Below, in pieces: positions 7,159 to 15,086 of a DNA stretch of 32,000 nt. Position numbers and translations under genes: made by a program. Under the pieces are notes generated by a model. The model had not been told where the DNA came from. It did no database searches and worked only from the letters and a program-made list of their open reading frames with translations. Position 1 is the first letter of the stretch. Each line of letters begins with the position of its first letter. Source of the DNA: an uncultured Chloroflexia bacterium (GTDB lineage Bacteria > Chloroflexota > Ktedonobacteria > Ktedonobacterales > JADMIN01); contig CAVRAI010000015.1 of NCBI GenBank assembly GCA_963718915.1, positions 1 through 32,000 on the forward strand, read 5' to 3'.

Positions 7159-9147
7159 TCATCCATGGATGGGCAATGTGGCGCGGACCGCGGCGCCGTG
7201 GCCCGGCGCGCTGGTGATGCTCAGGTCGCCGCCCAGCCGCGTGATTCGCTCGCGCATCGAGCGCAGTCCCAGGTGGCCAGGATAGTTGCCCTCGGGATCG
7301 AACCCCACGCCATCATCGCCCACCGTCAGGGTGACCGCCTCGTCAGTCGTCTCCAGCGTCAGGTCGAGCGTGGCGGCGCTGGCGTGCTTGATGGCGTTGT
7401 GCAGCGCCTCCTGCGCAATGCGATAGAACGCCTGCTTCGCCTCCAGCGAGATCGCTGGCTCGCTGCACACATGCGCCTGAACGATCAGGTGATAGCGGTG
7501 CTGGGTCGCCTCCGCCAGCTTGCGCAGCGCCGAGGTCAGCCCATCACGCTCCAGCGATTCGGGCCGCAGCTCCAGAATCAGCGCGCGCATCTCCTCCATC
7601 GCGGTATCGGTGAGCGAGAGCACATAGTCGAGCGGCTCAGACGCCTGCGTGGGGTCGCGATCCAGCAGCGTGCGCGCGGTGCGCGTGCCCAGCGCGATGC
7701 CATAGAGCGCCTGCGAGACCGAGTCGTGCAACTCGCGGGCGAGCCGCTGGCGTTCGTCGAGCGCCGCCCGATCCTGCGCCTGCTCGTAGAGGCGGGCGTT
7801 CTCCAGCGCGATGGCGGCCAGCGCGGCAATGGCGGAGGCGATCTGCGCCGAACGCTCGGTGTAGAAGCCGGGCTGGCTGGATTGCAGCGAAATCAGCCCA
7901 ATCACATTGTCCTTCACCACCAGCGGAATCGACATCCACGAGCGCAAATAGGGATAGACCGCGCGGATACGCTGGCCGAAGCGCTCGCGAATCGTCGCCG
8001 CCAGCGCCGAATCGCCGTGTACGTCGTCGAGAATCACCGCGACACGCATCTCGGCGATCTGAGCAAAAATGGCGCGCTGCTCTGGCTCATAGGCCTCACG
8101 CACGACCTGCCGGCGCGGCGTTGGCCCGCGGTAGTCCAGCACGGTGACCTGTCCTTTATCGAGCGAAAGGATTGACGCCCCGGTATAGCCCACCAGCGAC
8201 TCCAGGTGATTGAGAATCAGCCGCAGCACGGGCGCCAGCTCCAGCGTGGAGGCGACACTGCGCGAGACATCCAGCAGCGCCGTCAGCGTCTGGGTGCGGC
8301 TCTCAACCTGCTGCTCCATCTCGGCGACATTGTGCTCGCGCTCGCTGATATCGCGGATGACCGCCAGCGCATGCGGCCCGCCCAGATAGGTGAACGCGCT
8401 GCCGTGCGTCTCGACGGGGAACGGTGTGCCGTCGTGGCGGACGTGTAGCGCCGTGTAGCGATAGGACGCGCCAGCGCGGCACCTCGCCAGAAATTCGGCG
8501 AAATGCTGGTACGACGCGGGATGGATGAACTCGGAGCAGTGCCTGCCTACAAAGTCGTCGGCGCTGTAGCCGTGCATATGCCAGGCGGCGGGATTCGCCG
8601 CGACGACGATACCATCAAGATCGGTGATGATAAGCGCGTCGCCGGTGGACTCGAAGATGCCACGATAGCGCGCCTCCATCTCATAGAGGCGTTGCTCGGC
8701 ATGTTTGTCCTCGGTCACATCAGTATGCCAGCCGACGATACGGAGCGCCCGTCCATTCGCGTCGCGGCGGGCAGCGGCGCGCGCCAGCATCCAGCGATAG
8801 CGGCCATTGCGATGGCGCAGGCGATGTTCCACGACCAGCCGTTTCTCAGGGGTCTGAGGAGCCTCGACAAAGGCCTGTAGCTCCGCCAGCACACGCTCGC
8901 GGTCGGCGGGATGCACCCGCGCAATCCACGTCGTCAACGTCGCGGGCGTAGTATCCAGATCGTCCCTGGTAATACCGAGCATCTCGTACCAGCGCGGCGA
9001 GTAATAGACCGTGTCTGTGGCGAGATCCCAGTCCCACAGACCGTCGTTGGCGCCACGGACGGCGAGGAGAAAGCGCTCCTCCTCGCTCGTCGTGTGTCGC
9101 GAGACTCCGGTCGTATGCTCGCCTTCGGGCAGCGTCTCATCGGTCAT
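7159..9147 (-). CDS. Sensor histidine kinase: PAS-PAS-GAF-HisKA_3-HATPase_c (NarL/LuxR-partner type)
   Basis: Two PAS-like segments (GLWDWDLATDTVYYSPRW; FESTGDALIITDLDGIVVAAN). GAF-like region. H-box ELHDSVSQALYGI. ATPase motifs GDDGVGFD and GHLGLRSMRER. No response regulator is adjacent. Confidence 0.85.
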   Translation of the reverse strand: MTDETLPEGEHTTGVSRHTTSEEERFLLAVRGANDGLWDWDLATDTVYYSPRWYEMLGITRDDLDTTPATLTTWIARVHPADRERVLAELQAFVEAPQTPEKRLVVEHRLRHRNGRYRWMLARAAARRDANGRALRIVGWHTDVTEDKHAEQRLYEMEARYRGIFESTGDALIITDLDGIVVAANPAAWHMHGYSADDFVGRHCSEFIHPASYQHFAEFLARCRAGASYRYTALHVRHDGTPFPVETHGSAFTYLGGPHALAVIRDISEREHNVAEMEQQVESRTQTLTALLDVSRSVASTLELAPVLRLILNHLESLVGYTGASILSLDKGQVTVLDYRGPTPRRQVVREAYEPEQRAIFAQIAEMRVAVILDDVHGDSALAATIRERFGQRIRAVYPYLRSWMSIPLVVKDNVIGLISLQSSQPGFYTERSAQIASAIAALAAIALENARLYEQAQDRAALDERQRLARELHDSVSQALYGIALGTRTARTLLDRDPTQASEPLDYVLSLTDTAMEEMRALILELRPESLERDGLTSALRKLAEATQHRYHLIVQAHVCSEPAISLEAKQAFYRIAQEALHNAIKHASAATLDLTLETTDEAVTLTVGDDGVGFDPEGNYPGHLGLRSMRERITRLGGDLSITSAPGHGAAVRATLPIHG

Positions 9148-9307
9148 GACAGCAATCTATTCCAGCGATATAGACATTCTGGGCTTTGTGGGTCACATGC
9201 CACATGATACCATCTGCCGCACCAGCTATCCGCTGGCATGAACCCCGCGCGCACACGAAAGGAGCATGCTCGTGCCTTAATGAAGATTCACTGGTTACTC
9301 GAAACAC

Positions 9308-9580
9308 CGCGCGTTGCGGTGGGCGAGGCAGACCGTAGCGTAATGTCGTTTTCGCATGTGTGAGGGAGACGGGCATTGCGGTGGGGTGAGCAGGCCGTAG
9401 CGTTCACGCTACGGCGCATGGGCCTGGGAGGCGGGAAATTCGCCGGAGCATTGATGTATGTATGCTACGGTCTGCCTCGCCTCCCACGATGTAGGGTGTT
9501 CGGAAGAAATAGTGACAGTACATAACGCTACGGCGAATTTCCTCCACCCAATCGCTGGCAGGCTCCCTCACGCGCAACGC
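9308..9580. repeat. Cluster of nested, dyad-symmetric REP-like hairpin elements
   Basis: CGAGGCAGACCGTAGCG (9324-9340) is the near-perfect reverse complement of TGCTACGGTCTGCCTCG (9463-9479). GGGAAATTCGCC (9433-9444) pairs with GGCGAATTTCC (9531-9541). GTGAGGGAG (9359-9367) pairs with CTCCCTCAC (9564-9572). GCGTTGCG (9311-9318) pairs with CGCAACGC (9573-9580). The hairpin CCGTAGCGTTCACGCTACGG at 9395-9414 is identical to the one at 1198-1217. Confidence 0.75.
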
Positions 9581-9676
9581 TATGCCTACTCCCTCGTATA
9601 CTGGCTATCGGCGTTTATCTGGTCGTCCGCACGCCAGCGACATGCTGGTCTGATGAGTGCAGGTTGCGAGGAGTGT

Positions 9677-9895
9677 ATGACGATGAACTTCAATTATGAT
9701 GACAGGATGCTACGACAGGCTAAAATATATGAAGACGCAACTCGACCGCGCGACCTGAAGACGGCTGCTGAGGAAGAGGTTGCCGCGACAGCCAGCAGAA
9801 AAGGGCGACGCCAACGTATCATCGGCATCGTTTTATTGCTCGTGGCGCTGGCGGCGCTTGCCGCGTATCTGATCGTGCACATTTTGGGGCTGTAG
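9677..9895 (+). CDS. Small tail-anchored membrane protein (72 aa)
   Basis: ATG at 9677 follows GCGAGGAG. The protein has a hydrophilic N-terminus, then RRQRIIGIVLLLVALAALAAYLIVHILGL. It is a paralog of 10013-10249. The track ORF start at 9458 lies inside the repeat cluster and was rejected. Confidence 0.5.
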   Translation: MTMNFNYDDRMLRQAKIYEDATRPRDLKTAAEEEVAATASRKGRRQRIIGIVLLLVALAALAAYLIVHILGL

Positions 9896-10012
9896 CGATG
9901 AAGAGAGCGACAAGCCAGCTTCCCCGCCGATGTCATTGCGGGCGCGATTCTGATGCTCGCACGTGTGCTGGTTTCTTGATTGCGCCTTGTGCGACCGTTG
10001 TGAGGTGACACG

Positions 10013-10249
10013 ATGGATGACAACCCACTGTTTGATGGCGGCCAGCGAGCAGCCAACGACCCCGGGCGACTCCTTTATACGGGCACAAAGCAGGAGTTGC
10101 AGGATCTCCGGAAGTCCGTCGCCGAGGAGAACCTGGCTCTGACGGCAGGCGCAAAGGCGCGACGGCAGCGGATCATCGGCATTGCCATATTTTTCGTGCT
10201 GCTGGCGCTCTTCGCGATCTATGCCATGATTCAGATTCTGGGACGCTAG
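10013..10249 (+). CDS. Small tail-anchored membrane protein (78 aa), paralog of 9677-9895
   Basis: ATG follows GAGGTGA. The C-terminus RRQRIIGIAIFFVLLALFAIYAMIQILGR matches that of the neighbouring small protein. Confidence 0.55.
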   Translation: MDDNPLFDGGQRAANDPGRLLYTGTKQELQDLRKSVAEENLALTAGAKARRQRIIGIAIFFVLLALFAIYAMIQILGR

Positions 10250-10446
10250 CCGAGCCATTGGGCCGGAGATGTCGTTATCCCCCAGGCCCAATGGCTACGC
10301 AAGGGGTCACTGGCCGAAGCGCATCAAAATCATGCGGGTGAAGATGACGAGAAATCCTACAAGCTCGATCCGCGCCAGCAAGATGAGCCGCTGCTGGATT
10401 ACCACACCTCAGAGCCAACAAGCAGGGCGGTTGTCCGTCACGCTTT

Positions 10447-11073
10447 CTAGCGCGGGCGCAGCAGAGAAATGCCGAGCCAGAGCAGCCACGCCGGGTTGGC
10501 GATCAGGCTGGCCAGGCCACCCGGCACGAGGACGAAGAGGCTCGATGGGTTATTGGTGAACAGGTTGCCCAGAAATAGCGCGACGAGCAGGACACCCAGA
10601 ACACAGCCCAGATAGCCCAGGCCGCGCGGCAGCGCTCCGCTCCGCAGGACGAGACACGAGAGGATGAATGTGCTCACGCCGGTCAGGCCGAACGCCAGCA
10701 GGCCACGTGGATCGAGCTGGTTCGGCAGCGCGCTCAGATCGGGCGCATGGGCGGGCGCGGGCACAAGCACCAGCGCGAGGTCGTGGGCGCCATGAATCAG
10801 CGCGCCCAGTTGGCCGAGCAGCCCCAGCGCCAAAGCCCAGAGCGCGAAGAGTGGGTCGGCGTCGCGAACGAGACCATAGAGCGCCGTCAGAACCGCCGAC
10901 GCCAACAGGCCACCCACCGCCAGCAGCAACGGCGGCAGCAGGTCATGGGCGGATCCTTTGACCAGCAAGAAAAAGACGGCGTAGAGCAGACTGCTGATGG
11001 CGGTGATGATGCCGCAGACGCCCGCGAATCGCAGGAATGCCGGGGATGATTTTGCGATGGATGCCGTTGCCAT
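10447..11073 (-). CDS. Polytopic membrane protein, function unknown
   Basis: The ATG at 11073 (MATASIAKSS...) is preceded by GAGGGAGGGAGAG. About 6 hydrophobic helices. No family assigned. Confidence 0.6.
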   Translation of the reverse strand: MATASIAKSSPAFLRFAGVCGIITAISSLLYAVFFLLVKGSAHDLLPPLLLAVGGLLASAVLTALYGLVRDADPLFALWALALGLLGQLGALIHGAHDLALVLVPAPAHAPDLSALPNQLDPRGLLAFGLTGVSTFILSCLVLRSGALPRGLGYLGCVLGVLLVALFLGNLFTNNPSSLFVLVPGGLASLIANPAWLLWLGISLLRPR

Positions 11074-11269
11074 AGATATTCTCTCCCTCCCTCTCCGACC
11101 GCTGGATGGCATGCCAGACCCCCAGCGGCAAACGAACGATATCGTTAACCCTCTCTACACATGTACCCTATGATCTGGATGATGGCGGTGTCCGAGCGGT
11201 TGAGGCGCGGTACAATTTGCGTGTGGTTGAGGAGTATGTGGAGAGCAAAGCACATGGGAGTGTCACGTT

Positions 11270-11797
11270 ATGCGCGTGGGAACCGGCGAGACGACGGTGG
11301 CGGCGCCGCCTGAGGTGGCCTTCGCGTATCTGGCCGACCCACGCAACGCGCGGCAGTGGTTCGCGGGCGCGGCGCTGGCCGAGCAGCCGGAGGGCGCGCC
11401 GCATGCCGGGATGCGCTGGCGCTTTGTGCAGGCGCGCAACAACCGCGTCGTCCCCGTGCGGATGGAGGTCTACGATCCGCCGAGTCATTTTCTCTGGCGG
11501 ACGACCCTCCGCTGGCCACGCACGAATCTGCGTTGGGAGATGCGCTGTGATCCGATATCCGAGGGAGAAGATGCCACGAGGCTGCGGATGACGATTGGCA
11601 TCGAGCCGGGGCCGATGGGCTGGCTGGGACTCCACCTGTCGCCACGACTCTATCGGCCCGACCCGGCGATGCAGGCGCAGCGTGCGGTCGAGCGCGCCCG
11701 CGACGCGCTGGAGCAGCGGCTGGTGCGCGCAATCGAGAGTCAGGTGGCGCGCAAGCCCACGAAGCCGCCAGAGAGGCGCGGACGGCGGCGACGGTAG
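11270..11797 (+). CDS. SRPBCC-superfamily protein (polyketide cyclase/dehydrase-like ligand-binding fold)
   Basis: The N-terminus GETTVAAPPEVAFAYLADPRNARQWF is typical of SRPBCC/START-like proteins. About 175 aa with a basic tail. Confidence 0.65.
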   Translation: MRVGTGETTVAAPPEVAFAYLADPRNARQWFAGAALAEQPEGAPHAGMRWRFVQARNNRVVPVRMEVYDPPSHFLWRTTLRWPRTNLRWEMRCDPISEGEDATRLRMTIGIEPGPMGWLGLHLSPRLYRPDPAMQAQRAVERARDALEQRLVRAIESQVARKPTKPPERRGRRRR

Positions 11798-11883
11798 GCC
11801 AATTCGGCGACGTAAGGGCTGCGGCTACGCACTCATATGGTTCTGCTCATTGATGATAGGCATAGCGCAAGAGCAATGTTTGT

Positions 11884-11942
11884 GAAGTCCGCGCAGGCGG
11901 ACTTTGTGGCCGCAAGGCCCTTCAGGCGCGGTTTTAACCGCC
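11884..11942. repeat. Modular hairpin repeat, copy 1 (hairpin-TTTGTGGCC-...-TTCAGGCGCG-hairpin)
   Basis: GAAGTCCGC GCAG GCGGACTT TGTGGCC GCAAGGCCC TTCAGGC GCGGTT TT AACCGC C. It lies between convergent gene ends (11797 and 11948). The first hairpin is followed by TTTGT, so it could act as a terminator. Confidence 0.8.
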
Positions 11943-11947
11943 AGCCG

Positions 11948-12568
11948 CTATTGCGCCGAGGGGTGAACGCTGGGCGCGTATCCGGCGGCAATCGTACGCA
12001 CGGTAGCCCGTGGCGTCAACACCGTGATGGCGCCATGCTCCGGAGGTGGAATGCGCTGGTCGTAACCCCCTCCAGTCCAGCGGTGTAGCGCCGCTTGCCA
12101 CAGCAGCCATGCCTCACCGTCATGCAGGATAAACACGCCATCGGGGAGTGTGGCGATCTCCGCAGTGTAGACCTTCTTCTTTCCGGGAGCCTCAAGGCGA
12201 TCCTGATGCAATTGAGCGTCCATCTGGTCGGCGGACGGGAGTATCCCGGATGGGTCATTGCGCCCGGCGCGCCAGCAGCGACGGAACGCCTGATAGTCCT
12301 GATGGCGACATTCGGCGCAGGGGCGGTGTCCCGCCGCCAGCGCGGTGACCTCATCGAGGAAGAATAGCTCGGTGTAGGAGCCGGGCGTCATGATGGGACG
12401 ATGGCGTCCACGGAACTCCAGCACACACACGATCCAGCGCCGCACCTGGCTATAGCGCACAATCTGTCGCTCCGCGTTGTGCAGCACACCGCGATTGCCG
12501 AACATTAGCCCGCGCTCAGGCGTAGCAATGAGATTGCCAAAGGGGGTCACGCGGTTTTGTAGTGGCAT
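11948..12568 (-). CDS. Conserved hypothetical protein (contains GHRPCAECRHQDY)
   Basis: 206-aa ORF with codon usage like its neighbours. No family name recalled. Motifs: FGNRGVLH and HRPCAECR. Confidence 0.55.
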   Translation of the reverse strand: MPLQNRVTPFGNLIATPERGLMFGNRGVLHNAERQIVRYSQVRRWIVCVLEFRGRHRPIMTPGSYTELFFLDEVTALAAGHRPCAECRHQDYQAFRRCWRAGRNDPSGILPSADQMDAQLHQDRLEAPGKKKVYTAEIATLPDGVFILHDGEAWLLWQAALHRWTGGGYDQRIPPPEHGAITVLTPRATVRTIAAGYAPSVHPSAQ

Positions 12569-12841
12569 CGCTTGCTCCTCAGGTCATCTTTCATCAGCCC
12601 AGATTGACAGCTCTGTATCGAAATTCCACCAGTGGCTGGCAAAAATGTTGCTCTTCGCACAAGCGGAAATCACATTAATAGTGAGACGGTTTCAAATGCC
12701 CGAATTCACGGAGAAGCCCGGCTGCTTATGATACACTACCTTGGAATTCCAATAGCGGTGGGCTATACCAGGGATGCAAGATTGCGTCTGAGCCAAACGC
12801 CATACTCCATATTGTTGGTTACGGTCGCATAAGTCAGCGAG

Positions 12842-13297
12842 ATGTGTATGCCGACTCCAAGAGTTGATTTAACACAGATCAGTCTGCTTTCGCAGCTTGT
12901 GCTGCGCGCGGGAAATATTCGTGACCCACGCGCACAGCAGGGGGCACGCGAACAATATCAGCGCACGAATACGAACTACACTGATCTCAAGGTTGGACTT
13001 TCCTGCCTGTTTCATTCAGGGGCATCCTTTGACGATCTAGCGCGTGAGGGATTCTTTCCAAATACTCGGCTCAGCGCGGCTACCATCCAGCAACTCACCA
13101 GTGAGTTAGCAACTATTGGGTGCAAGCTAGCCCTCTATGTGACACCGGTTATTCCGCGTTACCCCAATCACCATACCCTGGTATTCTTCCGGGGTGGTAT
13201 GCTGGAGCTAACGCTGCAAGATGATGTGTTACAAGCGCTGGTGCGCGCAATGACGATTGTCAGGAACCCTCACCAGCAGCAAAAACCGGGGAGGTAG
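12842..13297 (+). CDS. Hypothetical protein (151 aa), first gene of a coupled pair
   Basis: ORF in a moderately lower-GC stretch. Its 3' end contains the GGAGG that serves the next gene. No recognisable family. Confidence 0.5.
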   Translation: MCMPTPRVDLTQISLLSQLVLRAGNIRDPRAQQGAREQYQRTNTNYTDLKVGLSCLFHSGASFDDLAREGFFPNTRLSAATIQQLTSELATIGCKLALYVTPVIPRYPNHHTLVFFRGGMLELTLQDDVLQALVRAMTIVRNPHQQQKPGR

Positions 13298-13300
13298 ATC

Positions 13301-13585
13301 ATGCAGCAGGTATTTCTTGATACAAGTCTCTGGCCGCAGGAAACTGATTCAACCTGGGGCGAGGGTTTTTATATCGGCCTGACCAGCGAGCCACAATTTG
13401 TTGCTATCACAGAGGGCCAGCAGGTCACCTTACGTGATATCGACATCGGCATTGAAGCCGTCATGCATAAGGTGGTCGCGCCTAGCGGCGATGAGTGGTG
13501 GTTTGGCCAAATCGTCGGCGAGGAATATCATCAAGTGCCCGAGCAGCCCCTTGAGACACCCACCGCCAGCCAGCAAGAACGCTAA
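13301..13585 (+). CDS. Hypothetical acidic protein (94 aa), second gene of a coupled pair
   Basis: The ATG lies 3 nt after the upstream stop, with GGAGG 7 nt upstream. Acidic composition. No recognisable family. Confidence 0.5.
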   Translation: MQQVFLDTSLWPQETDSTWGEGFYIGLTSEPQFVAITEGQQVTLRDIDIGIEAVMHKVVAPSGDEWWFGQIVGEEYHQVPEQPLETPTASQQER

Positions 13586-13589
13586 TACC

Positions 13590-14951
13590 TTACTGCGGCC
13601 AGTCGCGTGTCGCCTCGTTCAGTCGCGCCAGCACTTCATCCCACGGAACGCGGGCGGGCGCGCCGTCTTTGAAGACGATGTTGCCGCCGACGATCACCTC
13701 ACTGATGGCATGCGGAGTCATCGAATAGACGACGTTCTTCTCATAGCTGATCGGCGGCTGGAGCGAGGGATCATCCATATCCAGCAGCACGAAGTCGGCG
13801 TACTGGCCAGCGGCAATCGTCCCGGCGGGTATCTCCAGCGTCGCGCCGCTACCCGCCGTACCCATCGCGAAGGCCAACTCCGCGGGCACGACCTCCGATG
13901 AGAGGTGCGTCACCTTCTGCAACAGCGCGCACATCCGCATCTCGTCGAAGACCGAGACGCGATTATTCGAGCACCCGCCATCGCTGCCCAGCCCCAGCTT
14001 GATGCCTGCCGCCTGCATATCGACGATGCGGGTCACGCCATCGCCCAGGAACATGTTGCTGGCCGGGTTATAGACCAGCCGCACATCGCGCTCGGCCATC
14101 AGCGCGATATCGTCGTCTTCCAGCCAGCAGCCGTGGATGATTGTCATCCGCTCCAGCGCCAGCCCCAGCGACTCCAGCCAGCGGATCGGCGTCATGCCGT
14201 ACTTCTCGCGGATGGTGTCGCGCTCGTAGCGGCCCTCGGCCACGTGGATGTGGAAACGCGTGCCCAGCTCCGCCGCCAACGCCGACCCCGCCTGAATCAT
14301 CTCCGGACTGGCGCCATGTGGCGAGTGGGGCGCCGGACAGATGTGCACGTCGTCGTGGCCCTGATATTCCTGCCAGAGTTCGCGGGTGCGCTCAACCGCG
14401 TCACTGATAGATTCCTGGTACTCGCGTGGCGCGCCATCCCAGTCGTACATCGTGCGCGCCAGCATCAGGCGGATACCCAGGTCGTTGGCGGCGCGGATGA
14501 CGGCGCGGTCGTTGGCGTTGCCGGCGCGGTGGATATAGAAGAAGTCGCAGACGGTGGTGACGCCCGCCCGCAGCATCTCGGCGAAGGCAAAGAGCGCTCC
14601 CGCGTAGACGGTCTGCTCATCCATGTAGGGCGTGTAGCCGTAGAGCGCGCGGTCACGCCAGGTGAAGAAGTTGCAGTCGTCGCCGATACCCCGCAACATC
14701 GACTGGAACGAGTGATTGTGGGCATTGATCGTGCCAGGGACAAGCAGCCGCCGGGGATAGATTTCGACTGCCATATCAGTCGGCAGCGTGCTGGCTGGCT
14801 GCACGCCTGTGATGCGCCCGCCGTCTACCAGCACGGCCATATCGGGCTGGAAGCGGCCATCGAGCAGGGTCTGTTCGGCGAGCAGCGCGTGAGGTGCAGC
14901 GGGTGTTGTCATCGGTGATTTCGCTTTCGTAGGATGAGCGGAGTGGGTCAT
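13590..14951 (-). CDS. Amidohydrolase-superfamily deaminase/deiminase (COG0402, HutF/guanine-deaminase-like)
   Basis: Metal-binding NAHNHSFQSMLRG, then FFTWRDRALY and EMLRAGVTTVCDFFYIH, which resemble the formiminoglutamate deiminase / chlorohydrolase group. About 450 aa. Confidence 0.8.
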   Translation of the reverse strand: MTHSAHPTKAKSPMTTPAAPHALLAEQTLLDGRFQPDMAVLVDGGRITGVQPASTLPTDMAVEIYPRRLLVPGTINAHNHSFQSMLRGIGDDCNFFTWRDRALYGYTPYMDEQTVYAGALFAFAEMLRAGVTTVCDFFYIHRAGNANDRAVIRAANDLGIRLMLARTMYDWDGAPREYQESISDAVERTRELWQEYQGHDDVHICPAPHSPHGASPEMIQAGSALAAELGTRFHIHVAEGRYERDTIREKYGMTPIRWLESLGLALERMTIIHGCWLEDDDIALMAERDVRLVYNPASNMFLGDGVTRIVDMQAAGIKLGLGSDGGCSNNRVSVFDEMRMCALLQKVTHLSSEVVPAELAFAMGTAGSGATLEIPAGTIAAGQYADFVLLDMDDPSLQPPISYEKNVVYSMTPHAISEVIVGGNIVFKDGAPARVPWDEVLARLNEATRDWPQ

Positions 14952-14953
14952 TG

Positions 14954-15080
14954 GGCAGACCTCACCCCCGACCCCTCTCCTCGTAGGAGAGGGGGGTACG
15001 CGTGTGGCCGTGTGGCGCGCTGGTCGCCTAGGCCCTCCCCTCGTAGGGGAGGGTGGCCGATAGGCCGGGAGAGGTCTGCC
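14954..15080. repeat. Composite hairpin element bounded by a 10-bp inverted repeat
   Basis: Outer inverted repeat GGCAGACCTC (14954-14963) / GAGGTCTGCC (15071-15080). Inner hairpins CCCCTCTCC-TCGTA-GGAGAGGGG (14972-14994) and CCCTCCCC-TCGTA-GGGGAGGG (15033-15053). GTGGCC modules are also present. Confidence 0.85.
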
Positions 15081-15086
15081 ACGCCA

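Noticed and set aside
7147-8175. 342-aa plus-strand ORF
   Set aside because: Antisense to the sensor kinase, whose H-box and ATPase motifs are unambiguous.
7159-9147. Orphan sensor kinase as part of a novel system with the adjacent 6022-7068 gene
   Set aside because: Orphan PAS/GAF kinases are common. The kinase has native high GC while the neighbouring gene is compositionally foreign, so adjacency alone is not evidence of a functional link.
9458-9676. N-terminal 73 codons of track ORF 9458-9895
   Set aside because: This part overlaps the REP-like repeat cluster and has no RBS. An internal ATG at 9677 has a good SD, and the paralog at 10013 supports the short form.
11106-11732. Overlapping ORFs 11106-11591 (+), 11168-11635 (-) and 11268-11732 (-)
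   Set aside because: They overlap the SRPBCC gene (11270-11797), which has the family-typical N-terminus. The alternatives are Arg/Pro/Ala-rich shadow frames.
13905-14918. 337-aa plus-strand ORF
   Set aside because: Antisense shadow of the amidohydrolase gene, which has clear metal-binding and family motifs.
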